Source: Terriglobia bacterium (lineage in GTDB: Bacteria > Acidobacteriota > Terriglobia > Terriglobales > Acidobacteriaceae). Taken from it: a DNA stretch of 64,000 nt. A program made the position numbers and the translations under genes. Location: positions 12 to 64,011 of the forward strand of contig JAJPJE010000030.1 in the NCBI GenBank assembly GCA_021324365.1, read 5' to 3'. This document shows, piece after piece, positions 9,420 to 18,185 of this stretch (position 1 is its first letter; each line of letters opens with the position of its first letter). A model generated the notes under the pieces. That model was not told the origin of the DNA. It ran no database searches and saw nothing but the letters and a program-made list of their open reading frames with translations.

Positions 9420-9638
9420 CTAAACTGCCTCTGCCAACTTAGTTACGTTGGCAGCTTGCGGACCTTTTTGCCCGTCCACAATTTCGAACTCGACATCATC
9501 ACCTTCCTGCAGGCTCTTGTAGCCCTCGGACGTGATGCCCGAATAATGAACAAAAACGTCGGGACCTTCCTCTCGACCGATAAAGCCGTAGCCCTTGGCA
9601 TTGTTGAACCACTTAACTTTTCCTCTGATCCTTGCCAC
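9420..9638 (-). CDS. csp: cold-shock protein (CspA family)
   Basis: Track ORF 9420..9917 is over-extended. A GTG at 9638 gives 72 aa: [35 protein letters not shown]..., with RNP1 (KGYGFI) and RNP2 (VFVHY). Confidence 0.9.
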   Translation of the reverse strand: MARIRGKVKWFNNAKGYGFIGREEGPDVFVHYSGITSEGYKSLQEGDDVEFEIVDGQKGPQAANVTKLAEAV

Positions 9639-9793
9639 TTTGTTGTCTTCCTCCGTGCATCGCACGTATTGAAACGTGCTTTGGGACTGCCTCAACCAGG
9701 TTAGTGGAGCCAATGCAACGGGGGGCGAGCTAACTTGCAGTCGGAGCCTGGCAGCTTGGCTGGATTGGACCTGCTTGAAGACGTGTTGATGCC

Positions 9794-9823
9794 ATTCTCG
9801 CTGTATTCGTTTGCTATTGTCAA
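9794..9823 (-). promoter_or_regulatory. sigma70-like promoter candidate for csp, implying a 5' UTR of about 150 nt
   Basis: On the minus strand: TTGACA (9823-9818), an 18-nt spacer, then GAGAAT (9799-9794). There are 193 nt of non-coding sequence between the upstream NUDIX stop and the csp start. Confidence 0.35.
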
Positions 9824-9831
9824 CAGAGTAA

Positions 9832-10461
9832 CTACTGCAAAAACCCTTTGCGGGAGAGGATGTTCGCTTCGAGAGCCTTTTCGAGCCAGAGAACAGCCCC
9901 GATCGTTTTCCCGTCACGAATAATGCCCCGAAGGATCATACTCGCAACTTTGGAAACTGGGAAGAATCGGTGTGCGATAGACTCATCTTCTTCCGGGGTC
10001 GCCTGGCCAGCGGTCAGTCCGGTGGCCAGGTAAACCGCCATCGTTTCGTCCATAAACCCGGGACTTGGGTAGTAAAAGAGCACGCGTTTCCATTTCTTTG
10101 CGGAGTAGCCGGTTTCCTCGAGCAGTTCGCGCTTCGCGGCGGGTAGTTCTTCTTCGCCTTCATCGATCCGCCCGGCAGGTACTTCCCACATAAATTGATT
10201 TGCCGCGTACCGGTATTGCCACTCGAGAAGTACGTGCGGCTCGAAGTTGCGAGATTTCGCACCGCGAACGTGGATCTTCGGCCCATCCTGCACAGCGATT
10301 ATCACCACCGATCCCGGATGACGCACAATGTCGCGTCTCGCGGTAACCCCGCTGGGTTCCTTCACCTGGTCAGACGTGATCTGAAACAGAGGTCCGCGGA
10401 ATACCACACGTGATGAAAGTATCTTGACTGGCTTCTTTGCAGTTTTCTTCTTCGCCGGCAT
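9832..10461 (-). CDS. NUDIX hydrolase (ADP-ribose pyrophosphatase-like)
   Basis: Track ORF is 9832..10566. The likely start is [13 protein letters not shown] at 10461. NUDIX box [23 protein letters not shown]. Confidence 0.8.
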   Translation of the reverse strand: MPAKKKTAKKPVKILSSRVVFRGPLFQITSDQVKEPSGVTARRDIVRHPGSVVIIAVQDGPKIHVRGAKSRNFEPHVLLEWQYRYAANQFMWEVPAGRIDEGEEELPAAKRELLEETGYSAKKWKRVLFYYPSPGFMDETMAVYLATGLTAGQATPEEDESIAHRFFPVSKVASMILRGIIRDGKTIGAVLWLEKALEANILSRKGFLQ

Positions 10462-10553
10462 GACGAAGCAATATAGCGGGTCAGGTGCTCTCCCGTCTCT
10501 ATTTTTGCGTTTTGCACCGTTTCGAGTGCGCCTGCTATTCTGCCGGGCAGACA

Positions 10554-11417
10554 ATGGCAAAACCAACCATCACCATCGTGGGTCCAGGCCGCCTCGGATC
10601 CGCGCTGGCCGACGCACTTGCAGGGGCCGGATACCCGTTGGACGAAATTGTCTATCGGCGCGGCAAAACAGCAGCCCACAGGTCACGAATGAGCACCCAT
10701 AAATTGGCCCGGCGGCATGGCGCTCGTGCGGTAGAGTTCGAATCCGCAGAGTTGAAAGCCGACGTAGTCTGGCTTTGCGTTGGGGACAGCGCAATCACAA
10801 GCCTTGCAAAGAGTCTCAGCAACATGCGCGAGTGGAGGGGAACTGTGGTGTTTCATTCCAGCGGCGCACTCACCGGCGCTGCTCTTTCGCCGCTACGTCG
10901 TGCAGGAGCGGCCGTAGCCTCTGTCCATCCGATGATGTCGTTTGTGCACGAAGGCGCCGAAGCCACTTTTGAAGTGGTCTTTGCCCTGGAGGGACAGGAA
11001 ACAGCACTCCGGGTTGCGCGGAAAATAGTGCGGGACCTCGGCGGCGAGAGCCTGAAAATTTCCGCGGCGAAAAAGCCCCTCTATCACACTTTCGGCGCGT
11101 TTCTCTCCCCTCTAATTGTTGCGAATCTTGCCTTAGCGGAACGTGTGGGTGAAAGAGCGGGCATTCCGCGCGCGAAAATCAGGCAGGCAATTGCTCCCAT
11201 TCTCGCGACCACAATTTTCAACTACATCACACTGGGCAAAGATGCAGCGTTCAGCGGGCCGCTGGCGCGCGGGGATGTGGATACCGTCCGCAAGAATCTA
11301 CAGGCGCTCAAGCGCATGCCCGAGGCACGGGCTGTCTATCGAGCTCTGGCCCGCTCGGCGCTGCGAACTCTTCCAGTGGTGCACAAGAAAGAACTGGCGA
11401 AGCTACTTGGGACGTAG
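10554..11417 (+). CDS. Rossmann-fold NAD(P)-binding protein, DUF2520-type
   Basis: Start MAKPTITIVGPGRLGSALADALAGAGY (GxGxxG). C-terminal part GPLARGDVDTVRKNLQAL is typical of the DUF2520 / COG5495 family. Confidence 0.7.
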   Translation: MAKPTITIVGPGRLGSALADALAGAGYPLDEIVYRRGKTAAHRSRMSTHKLARRHGARAVEFESAELKADVVWLCVGDSAITSLAKSLSNMREWRGTVVFHSSGALTGAALSPLRRAGAAVASVHPMMSFVHEGAEATFEVVFALEGQETALRVARKIVRDLGGESLKISAAKKPLYHTFGAFLSPLIVANLALAERVGERAGIPRAKIRQAIAPILATTIFNYITLGKDAAFSGPLARGDVDTVRKNLQALKRMPEARAVYRALARSALRTLPVVHKKELAKLLGT

Positions 11418-11419
11418 GT

Positions 11420-12040
11420 TCAGCGGGTAAACAGGTGGCCCATCTTTTCTTTCTTGGTCTTCAGATAAGCCTCCGAGTATGACGATCCGGGTTCCACTTC
11501 GCAGGGAACGCGTTCGACCACTTCAATTCCCGCATTCTCCACGGCTTCCACTTTCTCCGGATTGTTCGATAGCAGGCGGATACGCTTCAACCCGAGTGCC
11601 TTCAGAACCTCTGCAGGTAGCGCGTATTCGCGATAATCGACCTTGAAGCCCAATTTCTCGTTGGCTTCGACCGTATCCAGTCCCTGATCCTGTAACTCAT
11701 ACGCCTGAAGCTTTGCCATTAGGCCAATACCTCGGCCTTCCTGTTCTTCGTACACCAGCACGCCGTTTCCGGCCTCTGCAATCAACGCCAGTGCCATTTC
11801 CAACTGCTGGCGACAATCGCAGCGCAGGGATCCGAACACATCGCCGGTGAGACACTGCGAGTGGATGCGAACCAGAGGCGGGCTGCTCAGGATATCGCCC
11901 ATCACCAGCGCAACGGCAGTTTCCTTGCGCCGTTCTCCCGCGCCTTCTAGGTGTCCTTCGAATCCATAGATACGGAATTTTCCCCAGATGGTGGGGAAAT
12001 CGGCGTCCGCGATTCTCTTGATGGTTATGGAAGAACTCAC
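11420..12040 (-). CDS. ribA: GTP cyclohydrolase II
   Basis: 206 aa: PLVRIHSQCLTGDVFGSLRCDCRQQLEMAL...YEEQEGRGIGLMAKLQAYELQDQGLDTVEAN. Monofunctional, with no RibB domain. Confidence 0.9.
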   Translation of the reverse strand: MSSSITIKRIADADFPTIWGKFRIYGFEGHLEGAGERRKETAVALVMGDILSSPPLVRIHSQCLTGDVFGSLRCDCRQQLEMALALIAEAGNGVLVYEEQEGRGIGLMAKLQAYELQDQGLDTVEANEKLGFKVDYREYALPAEVLKALGLKRIRLLSNNPEKVEAVENAGIEVVERVPCEVEPGSSYSEAYLKTKKEKMGHLFTR

Positions 12041-12080
12041 ACTCTGATTATAGCGGGCTGCACCGCTCAGGAAGTCAGGG

Positions 12081-13118
12081 CTACGGCTTGACGGGGAGCT
12101 GCAGGCAGAAGTCGCGAATTACAGAGCGTGAGCTCTCCGCCATCGTCAGAAACTCGAATCCGTAATGCTGGCCCTGAGCATTCCGCACGTAAGCGCGCGT
12201 CTTCACTGCTTTCGCATTGGGCACCGTGAATTCCAGGTTGACCACTTCGCCGGGGGAAAGTTCGTCGCTCATGTTGGCGCCCAAACCATTTTCCGTGAGG
12301 TCGCTGCCGCGGCCGCGTATGATCTTCGATCTTCCATTCCGCACCACCGTCGCGGTCACCGCGATATCGATTGTGCCTCGAACCACTGCCCTTGGCGTTA
12401 TGGCTTGTCGGGTTCCATTTACTTCCTCGAGCTTGCCTTCGAGCCATTGCTCCAAATGTATCCGGTCGGACGCGGGCACGTGAGCGAATTGGACACCAAT
12501 TCGGTTCTTGTTGTCCGCCCAGACGATCTCCCCGGTAGCGGACAGGGTCGCAGGAGAACCCGGCAGGTGGAAGCTCAGATGAACCTGCCCCGAATCCTGC
12601 GGCGCAGACTTGAGTTTCAGGCCCATGCCTCCGGCGCTCAAATCGAATGTGACGGCCTCGAATTCGGCGCTACGTCCAAATCGAACGGCGACCTTCATTT
12701 GTACCGCTTTGCGGAAGGACCTGCGGCGTTCCCGATTCATCAGCGCCTGTGCGGTGCGTAAAACTCGTGCTGCACGCTCCATCGAGAGAGGGCGGTACAT
12801 CACGAACTGTGCTCCCATGTCGAAGGCGTCTTTGACCGTTGTCCGGTGGGTAGCGAGGGCGACGCACAACGATTTTTTGAAAGCGTCGCTTGAGCGGATA
12901 GTCTGGAAGAGCGACACGGAATTATCCATGTCGCAGTCGATGAAGACACCATCGAAACGGCGAGCGCGGACCATATCCAGCGATTTCTCCACCGAGGAAG
13001 AGAATTCCGCACGAATGCCAAGGTCGTTCATTCCGTGGCGGAGAATCCGAATCAGCTGTTCGTCGCTACAGACTACTAACGCTTCCAGTGGCATACATGC
13101 GAGCCCGCGATCGGTCAT
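12081..13118 (-). CDS. receiver (REC) domain protein with two PilZ domains (c-di-GMP receptor candidate)
   Basis: REC: LVVCSDEQ...GVFIDCDM...VALAT...YRPL. PilZ 1: RRRSFR ... DLSAGG. PilZ 2: PRAVVR ... DLTENG. The start is ambiguous (ATG 13118, ATG 13094, or TTG 13163 in the track). Confidence 0.75.
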   Translation of the reverse strand: MTDRGLACMPLEALVVCSDEQLIRILRHGMNDLGIRAEFSSSVEKSLDMVRARRFDGVFIDCDMDNSVSLFQTIRSSDAFKKSLCVALATHRTTVKDAFDMGAQFVMYRPLSMERAARVLRTAQALMNRERRRSFRKAVQMKVAVRFGRSAEFEAVTFDLSAGGMGLKLKSAPQDSGQVHLSFHLPGSPATLSATGEIVWADNKNRIGVQFAHVPASDRIHLEQWLEGKLEEVNGTRQAITPRAVVRGTIDIAVTATVVRNGRSKIIRGRGSDLTENGLGANMSDELSPGEVVNLEFTVPNAKAVKTRAYVRNAQGQHYGFEFLTMAESSRSVIRDFCLQLPVKP

Positions 13119-13122
13119 CCAC

Positions 13123-13158
13123 TTATTTGCAATGAACCGATTATTTGCAATGAACCGA
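13123..13158. repeat. perfect 18-bp tandem duplication (TTATTTGCAATGAACCGA x2)
   Basis: Read directly at 13123-13140 and 13141-13158, immediately 5' of the REC-PilZ gene. It produces NRFIAN-NRFIAN only if the TTG start at 13163 is used. Confidence 0.9.
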
Positions 13159-13382
13159 CCCAAAACTATTCTTGGTTGCGGTCAGAGTAGATTCTCGTAC
13201 CTAAATGCGCAAGCCTCAGGGATGGTTCGTATGACCACCGAAAGGACCATACCCAATCAGTTCCTGGTGTGCAGCTGATTGGCTTGGCTGTTTCTATCCG
13301 CGGCTGCTAAAATATGTGCGTAACTCCGGCGTTGTCTGCGCCGGCCCGGTTGCGGGTGAGTGTCCCGCATTGTCCTCTTCGT

Positions 13383-13458
13383 GGGGCTATAGCTCAGCTG
13401 GGAGAGCGCTGCAATCGCACTGCAGAGGTCGCCAGTTCGATCCTGGCTAGCTCCACCA
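13383..13458 (+). tRNA. tRNA-Ala (anticodon CGC)
   Basis: 76 nt: GGGGCTA / D arm GCTC-AGCTGGGA-GAGC / anticodon stem CTGCA, loop ATCGCAC / T arm GCCAG-TTCGATC-CTGGC / TAGCTCC-A-CCA. G3:U70 Ala identity pair is present and CCA is encoded. Confidence 0.9.
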
Positions 13459-13700
13459 ATACCTTAAAGGTTTCTTTCCACGATAGTGTTGTGCCTCATT
13501 TTTGCAGCCGCATGACCACACTGTGATATAGCTCGGTTACAAATCTTTACATTCTTTGCTGAACCGAGTCGCTGAGGATTCCGTCTGTCCCCTACAGAAG
13601 CGTTGGTGCCGACGTGTCTCTCTCCGCACGATCGATCTGGGTCCGGTCTCCTCCGCGCCTGAACAGCAACCTCTAAACCTTTTTAATTGTTGGAGAAAAG

Positions 13701-14789
13701 ATGTATCGCTTGAGGGCAGATTCAATCTTTTTAATCGTAGTGATCCTCGTCGTACTCTCGGTCGCCGCGTACGCGCAGTCTGGTCCCAACAGCCCGCGCA
13801 CTGCGGAACAGGTCTTCAAGAACATACAGGTGCTGAAGGCAATTCCAGCCGACGAACTGATTCCCTCTATGCAATTCATGTCGTCGTCGCTCGGAGTTCG
13901 TTGCGATCACTGCCACGTCGAGGGAGCCTTCGAAATTGATGACAAGAAGCCGAAACAGAAGGCACGTCAGATGATGCAGATGATGTTCGCGCTGAACCAG
14001 AACAGTTTTTCTGGACAGCGTCAGGTTACATGCTTTTCGTGTCACCGCGGCGCGCTTCGCCCATCGCGAACGCCTCGAGTGGTAAGTGAGTTGAGTCCAC
14101 CGAAAAATTCGTCATCACCGCCCTCGCATTCCGCGGATGAGATTCTCAACAAATATCTGCAGGCTATTGGCGGCTCCGCAGCCATACGAGCGATTAACAG
14201 CGAAGTTCAACAGGGCAAGATCAACCTTGCCGATGGAGTGCAATTTCCGCTTGAGATTTTTGTGAAGGTGCCCGGAATGCGGAGCATCGTTACTCATCAT
14301 CCGAACGGAAATAGCATGGAAGTTGTGAACGGCCACTCGGGCTGGACTGCAATCCCGGGACATCCTGTACGCCGCATGAACAGTGGAGAGCAACAGGCGG
14401 CTGCCCTCGATGCGGACCCCCACTTTGCTGCCGATCTCCGGCAATTTTTCACTGACTTCAAGGTTCGAGATGACAGGTCGATCGATGGCCGCCCTGTCAG
14501 CATGGTTCGAGCGAGCGCTGGCAATGAACCGCCGGTGCGTTTGTACTTCGATCAGCAATCAGGGCTGCTGGTTCGCATGGTTCGGTACGTTGACTCGCCG
14601 CTCGGTCGCAATCCTACCCAGATCGACTATTCCGACTACCGCGATGTTAGCGGCGTCAAGATGCCGTTCCAGTGGACCGTGGCGCAACCGCAAGGCCGCT
14701 ATAGCGTGGTGCTTGATCGAATCAGCGTGAACGTGCCCATCGAAGTTACTCGCTTCACAAAACCTGGACCCGCTCATCCAACACCGTAG
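13701..14789 (+). CDS. c-type cytochrome (reaction-centre cytochrome c subunit-like haem domain) fused to a beta-rich C-terminal domain
   Basis: 362 aa with a signal peptide. Haem motifs CDHCH and CFSCH in the context VRCDHCHVEG...KARQMMQMM...VTCFSCHRG. RBS GGAGAA lies before the ATG. Confidence 0.75.
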   Translation: MYRLRADSIFLIVVILVVLSVAAYAQSGPNSPRTAEQVFKNIQVLKAIPADELIPSMQFMSSSLGVRCDHCHVEGAFEIDDKKPKQKARQMMQMMFALNQNSFSGQRQVTCFSCHRGALRPSRTPRVVSELSPPKNSSSPPSHSADEILNKYLQAIGGSAAIRAINSEVQQGKINLADGVQFPLEIFVKVPGMRSIVTHHPNGNSMEVVNGHSGWTAIPGHPVRRMNSGEQQAAALDADPHFAADLRQFFTDFKVRDDRSIDGRPVSMVRASAGNEPPVRLYFDQQSGLLVRMVRYVDSPLGRNPTQIDYSDYRDVSGVKMPFQWTVAQPQGRYSVVLDRISVNVPIEVTRFTKPGPAHPTP

Positions 14790-14845
14790 CAACTGCCACA
14801 GGCGCGGGATCGGTGCAATCAGACGCCACAGAAAAAGCAATCTCG

Positions 14846-16021
14846 ATGCGCATGCAGCTCCATCACAGAATTATTCGCTTCCTTGTCCTTCTAGTCGCGG
14901 CTGCCGTCCTGCTTGGATCGTCCAGCGACACGCTCGTCGACGAGATGACGACCCAGGAGCGAATTGACAAAAATCCCTGGTGGCCGACCAAGCTTTCGAG
15001 TTCAGCGGACAAGTACGTCGGTAGTGCAGCGTGCGCTGAATGCCACTCTGATATTGCAAAGTCGCAGGCACAGTCGGAAATGGCACAGTCATTGATGCCA
15101 GCCTCGCAGTCTGAATATCTCACGGCTGAATACGGCAAGACCCTTACCGTCGATGGCTTCAATTACCACATTGAAAAAACGGTTCAGGGCCCGAAATTCA
15201 CCTTGGAAGCGGGATCATCCCCAGTTTCAAAGACTTTGGCCTGGGCATTCGGGTCCGGCAAGATCAGCCAGGTCTACATGACCCCTGAAAACGATATCTA
15301 CAACGAGAGCCATTTCAGTTACTTCGACAGCATTCACGGATTCGACGGCACGCCAGCACAGCCGGTCTTACGCGTTGCAGGCCAGGATGAGAGTCACGAA
15401 AGCGAACTCAGAAAGGCAATTGGTCGCCGCGTTGAAATGCACGAAGTCCGTCGTTGCTTTGCCTGCCACGCCGCCAACGTTCCGGCACAGGGGCCGATCA
15501 ACAACATCATCGCAGGGGTGACTTGCGAAACCTGCCACGGTCCGGGAGCGAACCATACGGCGGCGATGCGAGCAAATCTGCCGCAAGGAATCGCATTAAT
15601 CATGAACCCGGCAAACCTTCGTCCGGTGGATCAGGTCGACTTCTGCGGATCGTGTCACGCCACCTCGATGGACGTGCAGATGGCCGGCAGTTTCGGCCTC
15701 CCCAGCATACGCTTTCCGGCTTACCGTTTGCAGAACAGTGCATGCTGGCGAAATGATGCACGTATCCAATGCACCGCTTGTCATGATCCGCACAAGCCCC
15801 TAGTGCGCGGCACCGCTGCCTACGACGAGAAATGCCTTGCCTGTCATGTGTCCGGTCCAGGCGTGAAGCCCGATGCCGTGCACCCGGGCCGCGCGTGCTC
15901 GGTAGCAACAAAGGATTGCGCCTCCTGCCATATGCCGAAATATGAGTTTCCGGATGTCCACCACAAATTCACCGATCACGATATTCGCATAGTGCGCCAG
16001 GGAGCGCCGATCCCCGGGTGA
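14846..16021 (+). CDS. multihaem c-type cytochrome (7 CxxCH)
   Basis: CAECH, CFACH, CETCH, CGSCH, CTACH, CLACH and CASCH were counted in the track ORF 14813..16021. The likely start is MRMQLHHRIIRFLVLLVAAAVLLG (signal peptide). Confidence 0.8.
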   Translation: MRMQLHHRIIRFLVLLVAAAVLLGSSSDTLVDEMTTQERIDKNPWWPTKLSSSADKYVGSAACAECHSDIAKSQAQSEMAQSLMPASQSEYLTAEYGKTLTVDGFNYHIEKTVQGPKFTLEAGSSPVSKTLAWAFGSGKISQVYMTPENDIYNESHFSYFDSIHGFDGTPAQPVLRVAGQDESHESELRKAIGRRVEMHEVRRCFACHAANVPAQGPINNIIAGVTCETCHGPGANHTAAMRANLPQGIALIMNPANLRPVDQVDFCGSCHATSMDVQMAGSFGLPSIRFPAYRLQNSACWRNDARIQCTACHDPHKPLVRGTAAYDEKCLACHVSGPGVKPDAVHPGRACSVATKDCASCHMPKYEFPDVHHKFTDHDIRIVRQGAPIPG

Positions 16022-16022
16022 T

Positions 16023-16256
16023 GGCTTGTCTGCCGGATTCCCAAATCAGTCCACAGTTCAAGGATTTCAGAGAAGCCGCCATCGATACCACGAGTTTCGT
16101 GCCTACACTATTGAGAACCGGAGACGATCCTTAATGGGAGATCGAACTCAAGCCTGGCACATACAACCTGCGACTTGGCGTGATGGATCGCGCTACGCAA
16201 CAAATCGGAACAGTCGACTTGCCTTTGGAAATTTCCGAGCAGATTGCGGCAAAATA
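16023..16256 (+). pseudogene. relic of the C-terminus of a TIGR03436-type VWA protein, interrupted by an in-frame TAA
   Basis: Hand translation: MACLPDSQISPQFKDFREAAIDTTSFVPTLLRTGDDP*WEIELKPGTYNLRLGVMDRATQQIGTVDLPLEISEQIAAK*. The L.L.PG.Y.L...V.D.....G pattern is the usual C-terminal strand pair of this family. Compare VPAKTARLRCIIRDAQSENMGTADL in the intact neighbour. Confidence 0.4.
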
Positions 16257-16264
16257 GGTTCGTG

Positions 16265-18037
16265 ATGTTGCGGAGATTGGTAGCGTTCGTTGCAGCAGTC
16301 GCCCTGTCCGCGGTATTTGCGCAGGAACAGAGCGCTCCAGACAAGCCGTCCAGCAGTGATATGACTGTGCGAGCGACTACGCATATGGTCGTGCTCGACG
16401 TGGTGGTCACGAACTCATCCGGCAAACATGCAAAGGACCTGCAGCAGGGCGACTTCACCGTTCTTGAGGACGGTGTTTCCCAGAACATTGTTTCTTTTGA
16501 AAAGTCGGGAGTGCGGAAGACATCGACGCCTCAGACTCGCAACGAAAAATTGGAGCCGGCAGCTGAACCGCAATCATCCAGCGGCAGCCCGCGAACGATT
16601 CTTGTTCTAGACGAACTCGATACCGAGTGGATTCTCACCGCGCAGGCTCGTGTTTACCTGAACAAGTATTTCGCAACTCACGGCCCGCGTCTGGAGCAAC
16701 CGACGGCACTGCTGGCGCTCACCAACGACGGCCTCGAAATGCTCTGCAACTACAGCCAGGACGCTAGAGCGCTAACCATGGCTCTAGCCCGCCACAAGAC
16801 TGCATTGCCTTACCACATCATAAATGCCGAGGGCGTGCAGGGAGGTTTCGATCGCCTTGGCATTGCCCTCACAGCGATGTATCAGATCGCCCAAGCCAGT
16901 ACCGATCGCGCCAGCCGCAAGAACCTGGTCTGGATCGGTGAAGGTTTTCCGGTAATCAATTATGCTGTCTCGGCGGCGGCACAGCCTGCGCTTGGTTTGC
17001 ATGGAGTTGATTTAGCCACTCAGGAGAAGGCACGCGGAATGGTTCAGAAGCTGGCCAACGCATTATTGGCAGCCCGTATCAGCGTGTACACCGTCGATCC
17101 CACTGGGCTTCTTTATGCCGGTGACATTCATGATCCGAGAATACTGACCACCAACGGTGATCTGATATTCGAAAACATCGCTCCGGAAACCGGCGGCAAG
17201 ATCTTTCGCAACATCAATGATGTAGGTTTTCTCGTCGACAAAAGCGTGCGCGATGGCTCCAGCTATTACACGCTCGCCTACTATCCTACTAACAAAGACT
17301 GGAATGGAAAATTCCGAAATATCAGCGTGAAGGTGATCCGGCCTGGTCTCGAGGTACGCACCCGTACCGGCTACTATGCGCTTTCGGACTCAAACGAAAC
17401 GCCCGACCAGCGCATCGATCTGGCGCTATCGATTGCCGTTCGCAACCCGGTCCCGTACACGCTCATTCCGATTACCGTCTCCGCCAGGCGCCTGCCGGAC
17501 GCTCCGCACAGCTCGCAATTGACCGTAAAGATAGATCGCAATTCGCTCCAGTGGTCGAAACTGCCGAATGGCGACTTGCGGTCCGAAATTACCCTGGTCA
17601 CCGCAAGCCTTCGCGACGACAACCGCGTACTGAAATTCAAGGTGCGGGAATTCGAGTCGATCGTGGAGAAGGGAAGGGCAGCGGCACTGCGCGATGTTCC
17701 GCTCGTGTTTACGGTCGATGCCGATGTGCCCGCCAAAACTGCACGCCTGCGCTGCATAATTCGCGATGCGCAGAGCGAAAATATGGGAACCGCCGATCTC
17801 TCAGCGGCTGATCTCGCATCAGGTGCGCCCGTGGGCGACCTGACGTATTCAGCGGAAAGCGGCAAGCTGCACGGCAATCACGATCCAGCCCATGGATTGA
17901 TCGTCGGCGATCCGGTTCGCGTTGCCGTGGAAGGCGAGCACCTGTTCCTTCGGACTTCCGACGGCAAGGTAATCAAAGCCACCGTCATCAAGCGGCAGAG
18001 ATCGGAAGGCATTCTCGCGCGCTGGTTCGGAAGATAG
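16265..18037 (+). CDS. VWA-domain protein, acidobacterial VWFA-related (TIGR03436-like)
   Basis: Signal peptide MLRRLVAFVAAVALSAVFAQ. Family N-terminal module HMVVLDVVVTNSSGKHAKDLQQGDFTVLEDGVSQNIVSFE, followed by a VWA-like fold. Confidence 0.8.
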   Translation: MLRRLVAFVAAVALSAVFAQEQSAPDKPSSSDMTVRATTHMVVLDVVVTNSSGKHAKDLQQGDFTVLEDGVSQNIVSFEKSGVRKTSTPQTRNEKLEPAAEPQSSSGSPRTILVLDELDTEWILTAQARVYLNKYFATHGPRLEQPTALLALTNDGLEMLCNYSQDARALTMALARHKTALPYHIINAEGVQGGFDRLGIALTAMYQIAQASTDRASRKNLVWIGEGFPVINYAVSAAAQPALGLHGVDLATQEKARGMVQKLANALLAARISVYTVDPTGLLYAGDIHDPRILTTNGDLIFENIAPETGGKIFRNINDVGFLVDKSVRDGSSYYTLAYYPTNKDWNGKFRNISVKVIRPGLEVRTRTGYYALSDSNETPDQRIDLALSIAVRNPVPYTLIPITVSARRLPDAPHSSQLTVKIDRNSLQWSKLPNGDLRSEITLVTASLRDDNRVLKFKVREFESIVEKGRAAALRDVPLVFTVDADVPAKTARLRCIIRDAQSENMGTADLSAADLASGAPVGDLTYSAESGKLHGNHDPAHGLIVGDPVRVAVEGEHLFLRTSDGKVIKATVIKRQRSEGILARWFGR

Positions 18038-18057
18038 TAGAGGTGTTTCATAAATCC

Positions 18058-18154
18058 GATTGGAAGGGACGCGCCTTCAGAAGCTGCGGAGAAAAGGAAA
18101 TCCGTTGGCTCGAATAGAGATTCCTGGTGGATTGAAGTTCACTCGGGAATGACA
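18058..18154. repeat. composite intergenic repeat: module A (+) and module B (-)
   Basis: A: GGAAGGGACGCGCCTTCAGAAGCTGCGG (18062-18089). B, read on the minus strand: TGTCATTCCCGAG-N16-GGAATC (18154-18119). Lies between convergent genes. Confidence 0.7.
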
Positions 18155-18185
18155 GAAAGAAGTATTCGCCTGACGAGATATGCCA

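Noticed and set aside
12610-13278. 222-aa plus-strand ORF.
   Set aside because: It is antisense to the REC-PilZ gene and has low-complexity composition.
13314-13526. 70-aa ORF.
   Set aside because: It overlaps the tRNA-Ala gene on the same strand.
13383-18037. tRNA-Ala as the attachment site of a genomic island carrying the cytochrome and VWA genes.
   Set aside because: There is no integrase, no direct repeat of the tRNA 3' end, and no compositional break visible downstream.
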